A stretch of DNA of 64,000 bases, from contig CBFFRP010000214.1 in the NCBI GenBank assembly GCA_965644295.1, forward strand, positions 1-64,000. The letters are read 5' to 3'. The first letter of the stretch is position 1; the number at the start of each line of letters is the position of its first letter. The notes under the pieces were generated by a model. That model made no database searches, was not told where the DNA came from, and saw only the letters and a program-made list of their open reading frames with translations. This stretch comes from Paraphysomonas bandaiensis (taxonomy: Eukaryota > Protista > Chrysophyceae). Shown here one piece after another: positions 13,914-27,913 of the stretch. The translations under genes were made by a program, and so were the position numbers.

Positions 13914-16900
13914 ATGGCTCAACAGCTCCCAATCACCTTCAATGAGTTAGTGAATGTAAGTGCACGCATGTCCATCATCTCTCTGTCTCTCTTGCCCCTT
14001 CTGACCCGTCTAATCACTCTATTATTATCTTTGTTGCAGTTAACGGCTCTAGGGATCAATGGCGAGAGCATCAAGATTGGTTCCTGTTCGATGGAGTCCG
14101 AGAAATACATCACAGTGTGCGAGAATCAGGGGGGCAATGGACAGATCGCTATAGTGGATCTGACTGCCGGGAACTCTGTCACTCGCCAACGTATGTCTGC
14201 TGAAGCGGCTATTATGAATCCTGTCTCCAAGGTTATTGCTCTTAGAGGTGCAGTCTTTTGTATCGTTGATATGCACCTCACTTAATCATTTGTAGCCGGT
14301 CAGCAGCTTCAGATCTTTAACTTGGACTTAAGGGCTAAGATGAAGAGTCATGCCATGCCAGTTCCGGTCCAGTATTGGAGATGGACTTCCCCGAATTCTA
14401 TCGCACTCGTGACAGCTGAGTCCGTGTTTCATTGGTCCATAGAAGGTTACGTGAATTCCCTTTTGGCAATGTAGACTGACCTAGTGTTTGTAATAGGCGA
14501 TGCCGCACCTGTCAAAATTTTTGACCGCAATGCGGCCATGATGGATGGAACACAAATAATCAACTATCAAGTGTCTCGTGATGGCAAGTGGTGTCTGTTG
14601 GTGGGAATTTGCGCCGGTCCTGCAGGTCCCTCTGGCCCCACCATCAACGGAAACATGCAGCTTTACTCGATCGAGAAGCAGGTGTCTCAAATGCTTCAAG
14701 GACACAGTGGGTCGTTTGCCATGATTAATTTGCCCGGTCGTGATCCCGCTCAGGTCCTGTGTTTTGAGCAGAAAAAACCCGACCAGCCAGCTCAGATTTA
14801 CATCATGGAAATTGGGCGCGATAAGAATGCTCCAGGGGGGGTGTTCCGCGTACCCCCACAGAACATTCCTGTTCCCGCTGATGCCGGAAGCGACTTCCCT
14901 GTTGCAATGAATGTTTCGAAAGTCCATGATATTCTTTACATGGTTACCAAGATGGGTTATCTTTACATGTTTGACATCCACTCGGGAAAGCCTATGTACC
15001 GTGCTCGTATCACTCAGGACACAGTGTTCGCAGCATGTGAACATGCAGCTTCGGGTGGAATCTTGGGTATCACCTCCCGTAAGGGTCAAGTTCTCCACGT
15101 GTCGCTGAACGAAAACAATTTGGTACCGTACATTATAGGTACTCTTCGTGATCAGGAGCTTGCTCTGCAATTGGCCACTCGTCTGAACCTTTCTGGTGCT
15201 GATGATATCTACGTCTCTCAATTTAACAGTTTGATGGCTTCTGGAGACATAGCTGGCGCGGCTCGTCTGGCTGCTACTTCTCCCAAGGGCATCCTTCGTA
15301 CTTCCGAAACAATAAATCGTTTCAAGCAAATGCAAGGCCAGCCTGGCCAACCTGCACCTGTTTTCCAGTACTTTAGCGTTCTGCTTGAAAAAGGAAAACT
15401 CAATAAGCACGAATCGATTGAACTTGCTGGACCTGTGCTGCAGCAGGGCAAACCGCAGATGCTTGAGAAATGGATCGGAGAGGATAAGCTTGAGTACTCT
15501 GAACAGTTAGGTGATCTCCTGTCGAAGGCGGATGTTAACTTAGCATTAACGGTTTACCTTCGAGCTAATGTTCCTGAGAAGGCTATAAACTGTTTCATGC
15601 AAAAAGGAGAATTTGATAAGATCGTAGCTTACGCTACCAAGGTTGGATACCGCTGCGACTATTCGTATATGCTTCAGAACCTCGTTCGCCAGAATCCCTC
15701 TGGCGCCTTGGAGTTTGCGAAAAAACTCGTCAATCACGAATCTGGACAGCTCCTGGATGCCAACACTGTATTGGAGGTGTTTATGCAAGCTAATTTACTA
15801 CGTGAAGCAACTGCCTTCCTTCTCGAGGCCCTCAAGGGTAACCGTAAAGAGGAAGGTTTTCTGCAAACAAAGCTGCTAGAAATCAACCTGATGGGAGGTT
15901 CTCCTCAGGTAGCCGATGCAATTTTAGGTAACGATATGTTCACTCACTACGACAAACCCCGCATCGCACGCCTCTGCGAACAAGCCGGCTTGTACCAAAG
16001 GGCTCTCGAGAACTATACCGATATGGTTGACATCAAGAGAGTCTTGCAGAACTCCCAGGGTATCAACCCTGAATTTGTGGTGAATTACTTTGGGTCTCTC
16101 TCTCAGGAGGTTTCCCTGGAGTTGATCAAGGAGTTGCTCGGACGTAATATACGTCAAAACCTACAACTTGTTGTTCAAGTGGCCACCAAGTACTCTGATC
16201 CTCTCGGTCCGGAGAAGCTGATCAAGTTATTTGAAGACTTCAAATCTTTTGAAGGTCTCTTCTATTATCTTGGTGCAATTGTCAACAACTCCCAGGTCCC
16301 TCTTGTACACATCAAGTACATTGAAGCGGCTGCGAAAATGCAGCAGTTCAAGGAAGTCGAACGCGTTTGCCGAGACAGTACAGTGTACGACCCTGCTGAG
16401 GTAAAGAAGTTCTTGATGGATGAGAAGCTCCCTGATCCTCGCCCGCTGATTCACGTTTGTGACCGATTTGATTTCGTTGAAGAGATGACAGCGTATTTGT
16501 ACTCTAATAACCTTCACAAATATATCGAGGTCTACGTCGTGAAGGTTTCTCCCCAGAAAACCCCAATGGTTGTCGGTAAACTATTGGATCTCGACTGTCC
16601 TGAGGATTTTGTTCGCAATCTTCTTAATCAAGTTGGTCAGATGTGCCCCGCGGAAGAACTTGTGGAGCAGGTACCATATGTTTATTCACTTTATTATCTC
16701 CCTGAAAATATTGCATTACCTGACAATGATGCTTAAACGTTGCTGAAACTAGATTTGTGTTTGTGGGAGCATCTCATAAACTCACTGATAAATAGCGTTA
16801 GCTGAGTCTTATTGTTTTAATCTTTCATCTGTGTGCGGCTCGAAGTTTTTAGATTCCCTCTTTTCTTATAAGTATTATTTAGGCGGAGCGTCGTAACCGA

Positions 16901-19659
16901 TTACGTCTGCTGCAGCCTTGGCTTGAGGCCCGTGTGGCTCAGGGCAACACTGAACCCCCTGTACACAACGCTATCGGCAAGATTTACATATCGCTAAACC
17001 GTGATCCAATGCAATTTCTGCAAAATAACCAGTTTTATGAGCCGAAAGTTATTGGCGCATTTTGCGAGAAGCTGGACCCTCATTTGGCATTTGTGGCCTA
17101 CAAACATGCTCACGGCGAGTGTGATGCCGAGCTAGTTCGTGTAACTCAAGAGAACGGTCTGTTTAAGGACCTTGCTCGATATCTTGTGGAGAAACAAGAT
17201 ATCGAGCTCTGGAAGAGTGTCCTTAAACCCGAAGGTCTTGAAGGTGAAGAAGAGCCTCCTAGTCGTCGTTATCTTCTGGATCAAGTGGTGCAGACAGCTC
17301 TTCCAGAAACTAAGAATGCTGATGAAGTATCTACCACTGTCCGAGCCTTTATGGAGTGTGACCTTCCCGGGGAATTGATCGAGCTTCTAGAGCGTATTGT
17401 GCTGCAAGGCTCTGACTTCGCGAAGCATAAATCCCTTCAAAATCTCCTGATCCTTACTGCTATTCGTGGTGGATACAAGGAAAAAGTGATGGAGTACATC
17501 AACCGTCTAGATAATTTCGATGGGCCCGATATCGCTAAGATCGCTGCAAGTGAGGAGTACGAACTTTACGAGGAGGCCTTGACCATATACATTAAATTCG
17601 GAAAGAAAGCCACTGGCGAAGAGAAAATAGAACACAACGTTGCTGCAGTGGAGGTTATCGTAGATTTGATCCGCGATTTGGACCGTGGAAAGGAATTCGC
17701 TGAAAGAGTCAACGTACCAGCGGTATGGTCCAAGCTGGCTCGCGCCCAGTTGGATGCGCAATTTGTTACCGATGCGATAAATTCGTACATCAAAGCAAAG
17801 GATGCTTCCGACTATCTCTTGGTTATCAATGCAGCCCATAATATTGACAACTATGGTGATTTAGTACCTTTCCTCAAGATGGCTCGCAAGGATATCAAGG
17901 AGTCGGCTCTGGACACTGAGCTCATATATGCACTCGTCCGCACTCGAAAACTCTCTGAGCTTGAGGAATTTGTTTCCTCCCCTAATGTAGCCAAGATTGA
18001 TGTCACAGGCGAAAGATGCTTTGAAGAGGGGCTTTTCGAGGCGGCGAAGATCCTTTTCCAGAACATTAATAACAATGCTAAGCTTGCCTTATGTTACGTA
18101 AACTTGGAGATGTACCGTGAGGCCGTTGATTCCGCCACGAAGGCGAACTCGGTCTCCACCTGGAAAGAGGTTAATGCCGCATGTGTCCGTGCGGAAGAGT
18201 TCCGCCTCGCCAATATATGCGGCCTTCATATTATTGTACATCCCGACCACCTACTTGAGCTAATCAATCTTTATGAACGTGTTGGTCGCCCGACTGAACT
18301 CATGCAGATGCTTGAACAAGGACTAGGCCTTGACAACGCTCACTCTGGGATTTTTACTGAGCTCGGTATTCTGTACTCTAAATACCAGCCTACCAAGTTA
18401 ATGGAACACATAAAGATATTCTGGAGTCGATGTAATGTTGTAAAGCTCCTTAAGGCGTGTGAGAAAGCATTGCTTTGGAATGAAACGGTGTTCTTGTACA
18501 AAGAGGATGGTCAGCACGATGCTGCTGTCAAGACGATGATTGATCACTGTGTGGCATTTAGCCAGGATCTTTTCCTGGACTGTGTTACTAAAGTCCGTAA
18601 CCCGGAGATCCATTACCGCGCCATTACATTTTATATCAAGCAACACCCACTTCAGCTGGCAAGACTTCTTCAGGTCTTGGCTCCCCATCTGGACCATGCC
18701 CGTGTAGTGCACCTGCTACGTAAGAACGATGCCATCGCTCTGGCGTGTGAATATCTGAAGAGTGTGCAAAAGGAGAACTTAACAGCCGTGAACGAGGCTC
18801 TCAACGAATTTTACATCACTGAGGAAGATTACGAGGGCCTGCGCTCTTCGATTGATGATTTCGATAACTTCGATCAGATCTATCTTGCCCAAAAGGTTGA
18901 GAAGCACGAACTGTTAGAGTTCCGCCGTATTGCAGCCTATATCTACAAGAAGAACAAGCGTTATGCTCAGAGTGTGCAACTGTCGAAGGAGGATCGCATG
19001 TACAAGGATGCCATCGATACAGCAGCTGAATCCGGAGATGCCGACACGGCCGAGGATCTATTGAGATTTTTCGTGTCGGTACATGATAAGGCGTGCTTTG
19101 CGGCCACTCTGTTTACCTGCTATGATCTGGTGAAGCCGGATGTAGCGATCGAGCTCGCCTGGCGCAATGGATATACTGATTACGTCATGCCATACATGTA
19201 CGTAACCTGAAGTATGTTATCGATAGTGTCGGAATACACTCTGACTTAGTCTGAGACAAACATGTACTCCTAGCTTTATTTACATTCAATAATATTCTTT
19301 CTACAGTATCCAGTATTCAAGGCATCTGCACGAGAAGATTAAGGTTCTTGAGGAGCGTACGGCTCCAAAGAAAGAGGTTGACCAGTCCGCAGAAGCGGCC
19401 GCAGCTGCAGCTGCCGCCATGGGTGGAGGAATGATGGGTCTGGGAGGCAACCTCATGATCTCTGACGGCGGATACGGTACGTTGCGATATGCAGTCATTA
19501 TTAAACTGCTAATTATTATATCACAATATGTTTTTTTTCTTACGCACGTTTTATTCAGGTGGCTATGATGGAGGCTACGGCGACCCCTATGCCGCTCAGC
19601 AGTACGGTAGCCAGGGTGGAAACTATGGTGGCTCATATGCTAGTGGTGGATATTATTAA
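13914..19659 (+). CDS. CHC: Clathrin heavy chain, multi-exon
   Basis: MAQQLPITFNE start, SAEAAIMNP beta-propeller, KLPDPRPLIHVCDRFDFV, EKHELLEFRRIAAYIYK and ELAWRNG. GT-AG introns join the ORF-track segments, and a Gly/Tyr-rich tail ends GGYY* at 19659. Confidence 0.97.
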
Positions 19660-20989
19660 GAGACCCTAGTAGTATCATAGAAGCGAAAACTCATGTAGCA
19701 GTGCGTTGGCATGGATGATTCTACATTGCTTACTCAGGTGCAGACCTTTATTATAGGTTCCCCAAATTTGATGAATGAATGTGAAATATGCGAAATCTTA
19801 ATCACTAGTAATGAGTCAACCAAATGGAAATGATGCATTAGTCCCTCCATGTCGCCCAATAAATTTTAAAGGTGTAATGTCATGAATTGAAGTATAAGAT
19901 GGAGATTTCATGTAGAGTGCTGATCGCGTTGAAGTTATTATTGCTATTACATGCTAAGTTGACGTTACAGCAAAAAAGGTGTTTTTTTGACCTGAGTTGG
20001 GCTCAACAGAACGCTCATACTAGCAATTAGCACCAGGCAAGTATAGACATTTTAGGGATATAATCATATCGTTATTTTACAGTAGTCATAGTAAATCATA
20101 AACTGTACTTGTATAATAATTATGATAATATTGACAGACATATGTGTATGTGAATTCATTATATTACGCAGTTTCAGTATTCAGGAATATTACTGAAGAG
20201 ATTAAGTTCCATATCTGATGCTCTGATGCTATATATTATATATATAGGTAGTTAGGAGCCGTTACACCCAGTTCCTTCAGGATTTTGGTTACTTCGTGCT
20301 TATCAGGATGGTGTGCTTCATATATGTCATACACACAGCATTCGAATCAGTTGCACTAGCAAGCGTGTTGTATATACATGTGATGATGCTAACTAAGGCA
20401 GTATGAAGCAATGTGCGACTACAATTAAATGACGCATATCAGAATCGTCACAATAGTACAATATAATATATATTATATATATTGCACTATAGTAGTATGA
20501 TTATTAAGTAATTAAACACCTGCGTAGATTTCAGCTTCAGTACTAATTAGTTATGAAGAGCATAATATGATCACCAAACCCACTAGGCTGCCAGAAAAAG
20601 ACTATCTACTGCTTATAGCTTTTTACCACTTTTCTCATACGCATTCTCTCTGAGCCATCACCGTTACTACATTCATGCAAAATTTATTGAAATATGCATG
20701 GATCCGGCCACAAGTGTCGATTAGCTTTTTCAGTAAATTACAGTAACATAATAATATATATTATAAGTGTAGCAGGATGCCAACTTTTGTGCAGCACTGA
20801 GATAGTATGTTTAGCTGTCGGTTATTATAGGATGGCGGGCATCTTGCTGAGGTCGTATTAATTGGGACTGCACTCGCTGTTGAAACATCATATTTTGGGA
20901 ATTCCTTTGCCTTTTCTTTACTGTACTCAACATTACTATTTCATAGAGAAGCAAGCTTCTCCGTCTCTGAAGGCTGCGTAGATCTACTG

Positions 20990-21125
20990 TCAACGACATA
21001 ATATATATACAGGAACTTATGAGTGAAAGATATCTTGTTTTACACTCAGTTTCACTAACCTTTCCGACTTGTTTTACTACTTCCACCCAAGAAATGCCTC
21101 CACCACGAGCGAGCCCCTTACACTG
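20990..21125 (-). pseudogene. Myb/SANT-like fragment
   Basis: ISWVEVVKQVGKVSETECKTRY resembles the SANT helix-turn-helix. No intact gene could be assembled, and the fragment abuts a retroelement copy. Confidence 0.35.
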
Positions 21126-21139
21126 CTTGACAGTAGTAA

Positions 21140-21525
21140 ATGTTTGATTATTAGAAATAATAGGCGTGTAAGAGTCAGAACTAATGTAGCAAAACAATTT
21201 AACTAGTGCTTGTGCGCCACCGCAGCCAAGCACCAAGGTGCAACCACTTTCGTTCTCTATCCTTAAGGTGAACCGCCCGGATGCTTGACTTCAGTAGGTA
21301 GCCCAATACCGTGGATGCCCTTGAGGTGGGCCCATTTCTGGATGCCCAAAAAGACATATTATATTAGAGTCACTTGTACCACACAACCATTAGGCTATAT
21401 GAGTGGGCAGAACAATATTGTCTGACAATATATATGCGGCGCACATTAGTTTCCCGGAGAAATATCTCCAGTACTTATCCCCCAGGACACCACGAAAAGG
21501 TGCGAGTCCGACTCTTTTGAGGGAC
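21140..21525 (-). mobile_element. Near full-length copy of the short non-autonomous retroelement
   Basis: Minus strand starts GTCCCTCAAAAGAGTCGGACTCGCACCTTTTCGTGGTGTCCTGGGGG and ends ...ACGCCTATTATTTCTAATAAT. Confidence 0.85.
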
Positions 21526-22711
21526 TGTTTGACTATATTTGACAATGACCTGTCAGGCGAGGCGGCCCAAACAGTATTTTAGCTCTTCTTGTAGTACAAC
21601 AACCTCCACAAGTGATGAGCTTTGTTTTTAGCCACTAGTTAACATAAAAAGTCTACTGCTGGAAATCGTTTCAAAATTTTGAGCGCGGAACGATACCCCT
21701 TATCCCTACTAGATGTTGAAATCCTAATATCTAGAATGTATAGCTATTATAGGTTGCTTGTCCTGTAAGAGGACATACAGGTGTTCCATGATAAACGTTA
21801 AGAAGAAACAAATAAAATATCAAAGTATTGTTTCAAATTAACGACATCTACATACATAATATATAATATTATTATGGGAATATGGCACTAGTTTGACATC
21901 AACTTTTAAACCAATTTCAACAATAGCTAGAACATATGTATCCCAATCACAATAGGGCAAACTGCGAGGTGTTGAAAATTCATACATAAATGCTTTGTGA
22001 AGATTACTGTGAAAGTTGTAGTTGCACATTGCTTCTTATTAATTGTATTCCTAGTTTGTCGAAAAGAGTGTTGTTTAAACCTGAACTCGGGTGCAACACA
22101 ATCTCATAGTAGCACCGGGCTATTATAGACTTATAGACTATATTTTAGGGTATTCCTTAGGCCACTAATTATAGTGGAGACAAAAGACAAAACAGCGATT
22201 TTTTTTAGAATTTTGAATTCTGCTCATTCTCTGCTCGCTAGATCTCACTGAATATACTGCGAAGCAACGACACAAGCCACAAGTGACTGTGTAAAGTTGA
22301 TAGCATGATATTTCATGTGTGGGTGCATTGTCCCGAGAGTTGTCTGTGCAGGACACCCTTGATCAAACAGCTCATGAAGCAATCTCCAGCGTCCAGTTAG
22401 AATCGTATCTTTGCAAGAAGAAATGTCTACGAACGGATTGGCTACGATAACACACCATGGGGACTCCTGCTGAGGAATACAAGGATAAGAGATCCCACAA
22501 CTTGTGAAGGTATGACTTTTGGTATTGTAATATACACCATGTCACACTGCATCAGGCAAGCAATTCAGAACGCGTTTTCGAATTACGTATCAAATGTTTC
22601 AAGCACGATGCTTTTTATTGCCTTGATTAGCATCATCATCACATTTATATAAATACGCTCAACCTCTGCGAGTGCGCCTGATTTGAATGATAGTAAGATG
22701 AGGCACAAAAT

Positions 22712-23070
22712 CCTGATACGCACGACGTGGTGACGGACACCTTGAAAGAGCTGGGTGTTACTGCCCTTAACTTCCTATACAGCATCAGATATGGCACTTA
22801 AACACTTAAACTCTCCTGTAATATTCTTGAACTTGTTTCGAAGTCCAGGTTATGAAGATAGATCGCATGCACTGACATCATTATTATCTTCCACATCAGA
22901 CGAAAGGATGATGACTTGGAGTGTTTGATGAACTCCTTTTGATAGTTGACTCATCATTGTGGTTTCTCTATAATTGTGTAATATAACAATATCTATACAT
23001 ATGACTGCCAATATCATAATTGATAATTAAGATAGAAGTGAGTTTCTGTTAAGCCAATATTGAAGTTGAA
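22712..23070. repeat. Dispersed degenerate repeat, probably a TE remnant
   Basis: Colinear similarity to ~37158-37400 (e.g. CACTTAAACTCTCCTGTAATATTCTTG...AAGTCCAGGTTATGAAGATA). Short inverted pieces occur at ~20275-20312 and ~52037-52072. Confidence 0.7.
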
Positions 23071-24406
23071 TGTGTATATTTAGTTTATTACAATATGTTG
23101 CCAATATGTAATATGTACAACACACGCTACATTTCAGTTGTTTGTGTAGTTAGATCCCATTCAATATATCTGTGATTACATTCAAGATTAAATGCATCTT
23201 ACAGTTAGATCATGTGATAATTATTAGTCAATTGTAATAAACAAAGTTGTGAATTTAAAACTGACACTGACAAACGTCATTATAACTAACGTGTATAATA
23301 TAGACTTCCTTTATTTCCAGTGTTGTTTATTTCTTCCAAATAGTTTCAGAGTTGATTCCAAAGAGTTCCTTATTGTATGTATGTATGTAAGTTGCAATCA
23401 ACACTCACTCTTCATCTTTCACAATCTGATAATAGTTATGGTTCCTGCCGGAATATACTCGGTCAGGGATACGGTTTCACTGATGTAGATGTCAGTGCTT
23501 TCATTGTTGTCAGGAGTGCGGCGTGTCGTAAGTAGTTTCACAGACATGTTTCTCCAAGCTCTGTAATCGTCGTGGTCTTGACACCATGGGTCTCCATGCC
23601 TGCCAAAGCAATGGCAAGCTTCTGCCAATGCTTGAGACTATAAATCATTGCGCCCGGTGCTGTTCATCAGTGTGTATGACTATTAATGAAGCTCCATTGT
23701 GTAAAAATGTCTTCCACTCTCGATTTCTGTCCTTGAAGACAAAAAGACATTTTGTCTTTCGACGGATTTCTGTCTTTTGTCCTCCTATAACTTCAGCTTT
23801 TCATGCTCAGAAGACATTTTTCGGCAAAACTATTTTGTCTCACTATAATTGGTGGCCTTATAGATTCAGTAACATTTTTTGTCTTCACTCAAACGTATCG
23901 GCATCCTTTGTGTATTTTTGAGACAATAATTATCTGTATTACAGCCGTAGTTGTATTGCAGTGATATAGAGTATATTTGCTTCAATTTCTTCCCGAAAAC
24001 TAAGATGCATACGAATTAGACGCTGTATTCTGGAGGGTATACAGCCAGAATACAATAAAATACGTTTAAAAATACCCTCCCTTTTACCCCGCACAAACAC
24101 CCTGACAAAGAGATGCACGCATACGTCAGTCATATTCGTCATAGTTGCATAGTTGCAGTTGAAGATATACAACCAAACGGACATATACAGCAGCACGGTA
24201 TACCATGTATGTGTACTGCATATCGTATATGGTATACTGATGCACACATAGTAGTATCCCTAAACTCTGTACGCGCTGCTGCATATAGATACATACGATC
24301 ACAGCGCAGTGCACAATGCATATAGCAACAATTGATAAGATTCGAATCAACAAAACAGTTCATAAATCCTCTTACTGGCCATCATCTGTAAGTACCTCAA
24401 GTAATA

Positions 24407-27400
24407 ATGTTGCGACGATTTGCCCGTGTGTCTCTATTGCGTCCAGTGACCCCCTCTCTGTCTCTGTCTCTGTCTCCCTCTGTGCCTCATACTAACTCAA
24501 ACAACAACTATGAGAGAGGGCCCTTCAGTGGATACTGGTCAAGGCTGGCAGCTTCAGTTCCTCTACTGGCTCTCTTCATGTTCAGCGAGTATCAGGACAA
24601 GAAGTCTCGCAGCTGCGGCATTGTTGGTAAGACACCTCTGCCTGTTGACCATATAACGGATAGTATCAGGTGTTGTGGGCTCTGATGATGCAAGCAAATT
24701 TCTTCTTGAAGGTCTAATGGTTCTGAGGAATCGAGGCTATGACTCTGCAGGTGTCGCTACAATAGACGAGAAAGGGACCCAGTTAGAGATAACTAAATTT
24801 GCCTCCCGCGCGTCGACCTCAGACAGCATTGAACTGCTCTCGTATGTGACTATGACCGTTTTTACAGTTGTACTAACTTTGAGCTATAGTGCGAATACCG
24901 CCCATCATAAAGGACACTTCACAGGCATTGGGCACACCCGCTGGGCTACTCATGGTGGAAAAACAGACTATAATGCCCATCCCCACACAGACAGTAAAGG
25001 ACGCATTGCAGTTGTTCATAATGGAACTATTAATAATTCCTACGAACTAAGGTATTTCTAGCAATGCCAATAGTATTTTCACTTTTCATGCTCGTACGTA
25101 GAAAGAGTCTAGCAGACAAAGGAATCAAATTCGTCTCAGAAACTGATACAGAGGTGATTGCACAGCTTATTGGAGTATACATGGACGAGGGGCTGGACAC
25201 GAAAGATGCGGTCAAGAGTGCACTACAAAGGTAGGAAAAATTTATGAAGCTTTCAGTGGTTTTAGTCTCAATAAAAAGGTTTTCAAGTGCAATATAATAC
25301 TGCTTGTGTAACATATGGCCTGCTTATAACTTGACCTCTTCTTCTAGATGCGAAGGCACTTGGGGTCTAGCTATTGTGAACAAATCTAGCCCTAGAGAAA
25401 TCGTTGTCGCCTGCAACGGCTCGCCAATGGTAGCAATGCGCACGTAAAAAGTTTGAATATTTATATTATTGTAGATGATTGGCATCGGTCCTAATCGGAC
25501 TTACATCGCCTCAGAGACTTCGGCTTTCAGTAACTACACCAAAAACTTCATTGCGATGAAAGACGGTGAAATCGGTGTAGTGTCAGATGGAGAATCCACT
25601 CTTGATATGGGGAGGGTCGAAGTGGCTGCGGAGAGTGATGTGCTCTTGACACCCGCACCGTACCCACATTTTACTATTAAGGTCTGCTATATATTCTAAA
25701 AAGCTGCACGTGAATATGCAATGTATCAGAGTATAGTTTTTTATATACTCCCATTTTTGTACTTATGATACGTTAATTTATGTTAGAGGTTAAATCTTTT
25801 ACGGAAGTAAACTATTTGTAGGAATGTGTTGAACAACCACTCTCGATTGCTCGTGCACTAGGTCATGGAGCACGTATGAATGGTCAACAAGTAAGTTAGT
25901 TGAATGTAGATGACTCTGACAGTAGAACGATTTAAATTTGTATGCTAATATCTAACTTTGTATCCCTAGATTGTTTTGGGTGGTTTGGACATGAATAAGC
26001 AACTCCTATCTACAACTCGGAATGTCTTATTGACGGGTTGTGGGACCTCTAAGTTTGCTTCTGAGTTTGGTGCAAAGTTAATGAGGGACTTAAACTGCTT
26101 TGACACCGTATTTACAATTGATTCAGCCGAAGTACGAAACTTTTGTGTTATGCCACTGTGATATTATGATGTTGGAATAGTTCCCATATAATTCTTCAAT
26201 TTGATATTAAGTATTGTGATGTAGTACAGTGGCTGAGGTTGTGTCTCGATTTTATATTGTAATATACTTCAAATAGGTGCGCAGGAGCGACATTCCACGA
26301 AATGACGGTTTGATGATGGCAATTTCTCAATCTGGTGAGACCAAAGACGTCCATCGCGCTGTGAAAGTTGCTATGGAAGCAGGCATGCCCTGTCTGTCGG
26401 TGGTAAACACAGTAGGGTCTCTAATTGCAAGGACTACTGGTATGGGTGTATATTTAAATGCTGGCCGGGAACATGCGGTGGCCTCGACCAAGGCCTTTAG
26501 CTCCCAGGTACCTGAGAATGAATATTTGTGTCTCGCATACCGTATCACTATTTTGTAAGAATAACTCATTGTTATGACGAATATTCATGTGAATTGCGAA
26601 ATAACTATGACTAGGTGACAGTATTAGCCCTAATTGCTCTTTGGTTTCGCGCCCAACGGGAGGAAACGGAGGGCTTGAACGAAAGCCGCTTAAAAACTGA
26701 ACTACTGGATGCTTTGAAAAGACTGCCAATATCTTTTGGAATGAGCTTGAGGAGTCGCAACCAATGCAAAAGTATTGCAGAGGTTAGTTGCTTTTAATTT
26801 GTCTGAATATTATTGATGTTTGATGAAGCTGTGAAAGCTGAATAATTTGTGAGGAAGATATCTGAACATTGGTTGCAGGAACTGGTGAATAAGCGCCATT
26901 TATTTATCCTTGGTAAGGGGTACTCTGAGCCGATTGCCCACGAGGGAGCACTTAAAATCAAGGAGCTATGCTATTTGCATGCGGAAGGATTCAGTGGAGG
27001 GGCGTTAAAGCATGGTCCTTTTGCTCTCATTGAAGGCAACGATGGTGCAGATGGGGCAACACCATTGATTGCAATTATATTGGATGATGACCATGCAGGC
27101 TTGATGCGAACTGCGGCCGAAGAGGTACACTTTTATTCGTGTTTAAATGGTTGTGTTAAATACTATTTTTACAGGTGAAGGCGAGAGGAGGTAAAGTATA
27201 TGTCATTACAGACAACCCAACCCTTGCTGAGGGTATTGACCCTAACCCTGTCATTATCCCGTCGAATGGTCCCCTTACAGCGTTGATTGCTGTGCTACCA
27301 CTACAGGTATATAAGTTAGCTTATATGTGTACTGCAAAGAATAAGTTTATGGGTAGATAAAGTATATTTAATGTTTCACTAATATTCTTTACGCAGTTAA

Positions 27401-27480
27401 TTGCCTACGAGTTATCTATTCTCAAGGGAATTGACCCTGATGTGCCTCGCAACTTAGCAAAGGCGGTTACAGTTGATTAA
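24407..27480 (+). CDS. GFAT: Glutamine:fructose-6-phosphate amidotransferase with a 69-aa N-terminal extension, multi-exon
   Basis: [71 protein letters not shown] and terminal [11 protein letters not shown]. Introns are GT-AG. Confidence 0.96.
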
Positions 27481-27913
27481 AATATTATTATACATATATT
27501 CTGTAACCTTGGTGTTGCTGTTATGCTTATTTAAGATGTTGCTAATGTCGACAGTTATACATGTGAAGCTTTTCTGAAACTGACATTTGGATGGTGAAAG
27601 TTAATTGTCTTTGTGCATTTACATCAAGCTATATTTACTTCAGCTCTATTTTATTTCATACTCGAGTATTCTACGAAGTATCATACTTCTGTTTAAATTG
27701 CGTGATTCGTATGAGACTAAGAACACGCAAGTAGCGGCTTTCACTTTGAATATAGAATATAGTAATAATATACAACTCATAATGAATTCGTTACAAAATG
27801 AATAACTGCACCAATGTCGTTATATGTAATGTGTCTGAAACTGAAATGTATTGACTGTATAAGACTGCGTCAATATAAGATAGTATAAAAGTGGTTGGTA
27901 GTTGAATCGCTGA

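Noticed and set aside
14481-19636. Antisense and alternate-frame ORFs over clathrin (e.g. 14481-15410)
   Set aside because: Shadow ORFs of a long conserved CDS with no recognisable motifs.
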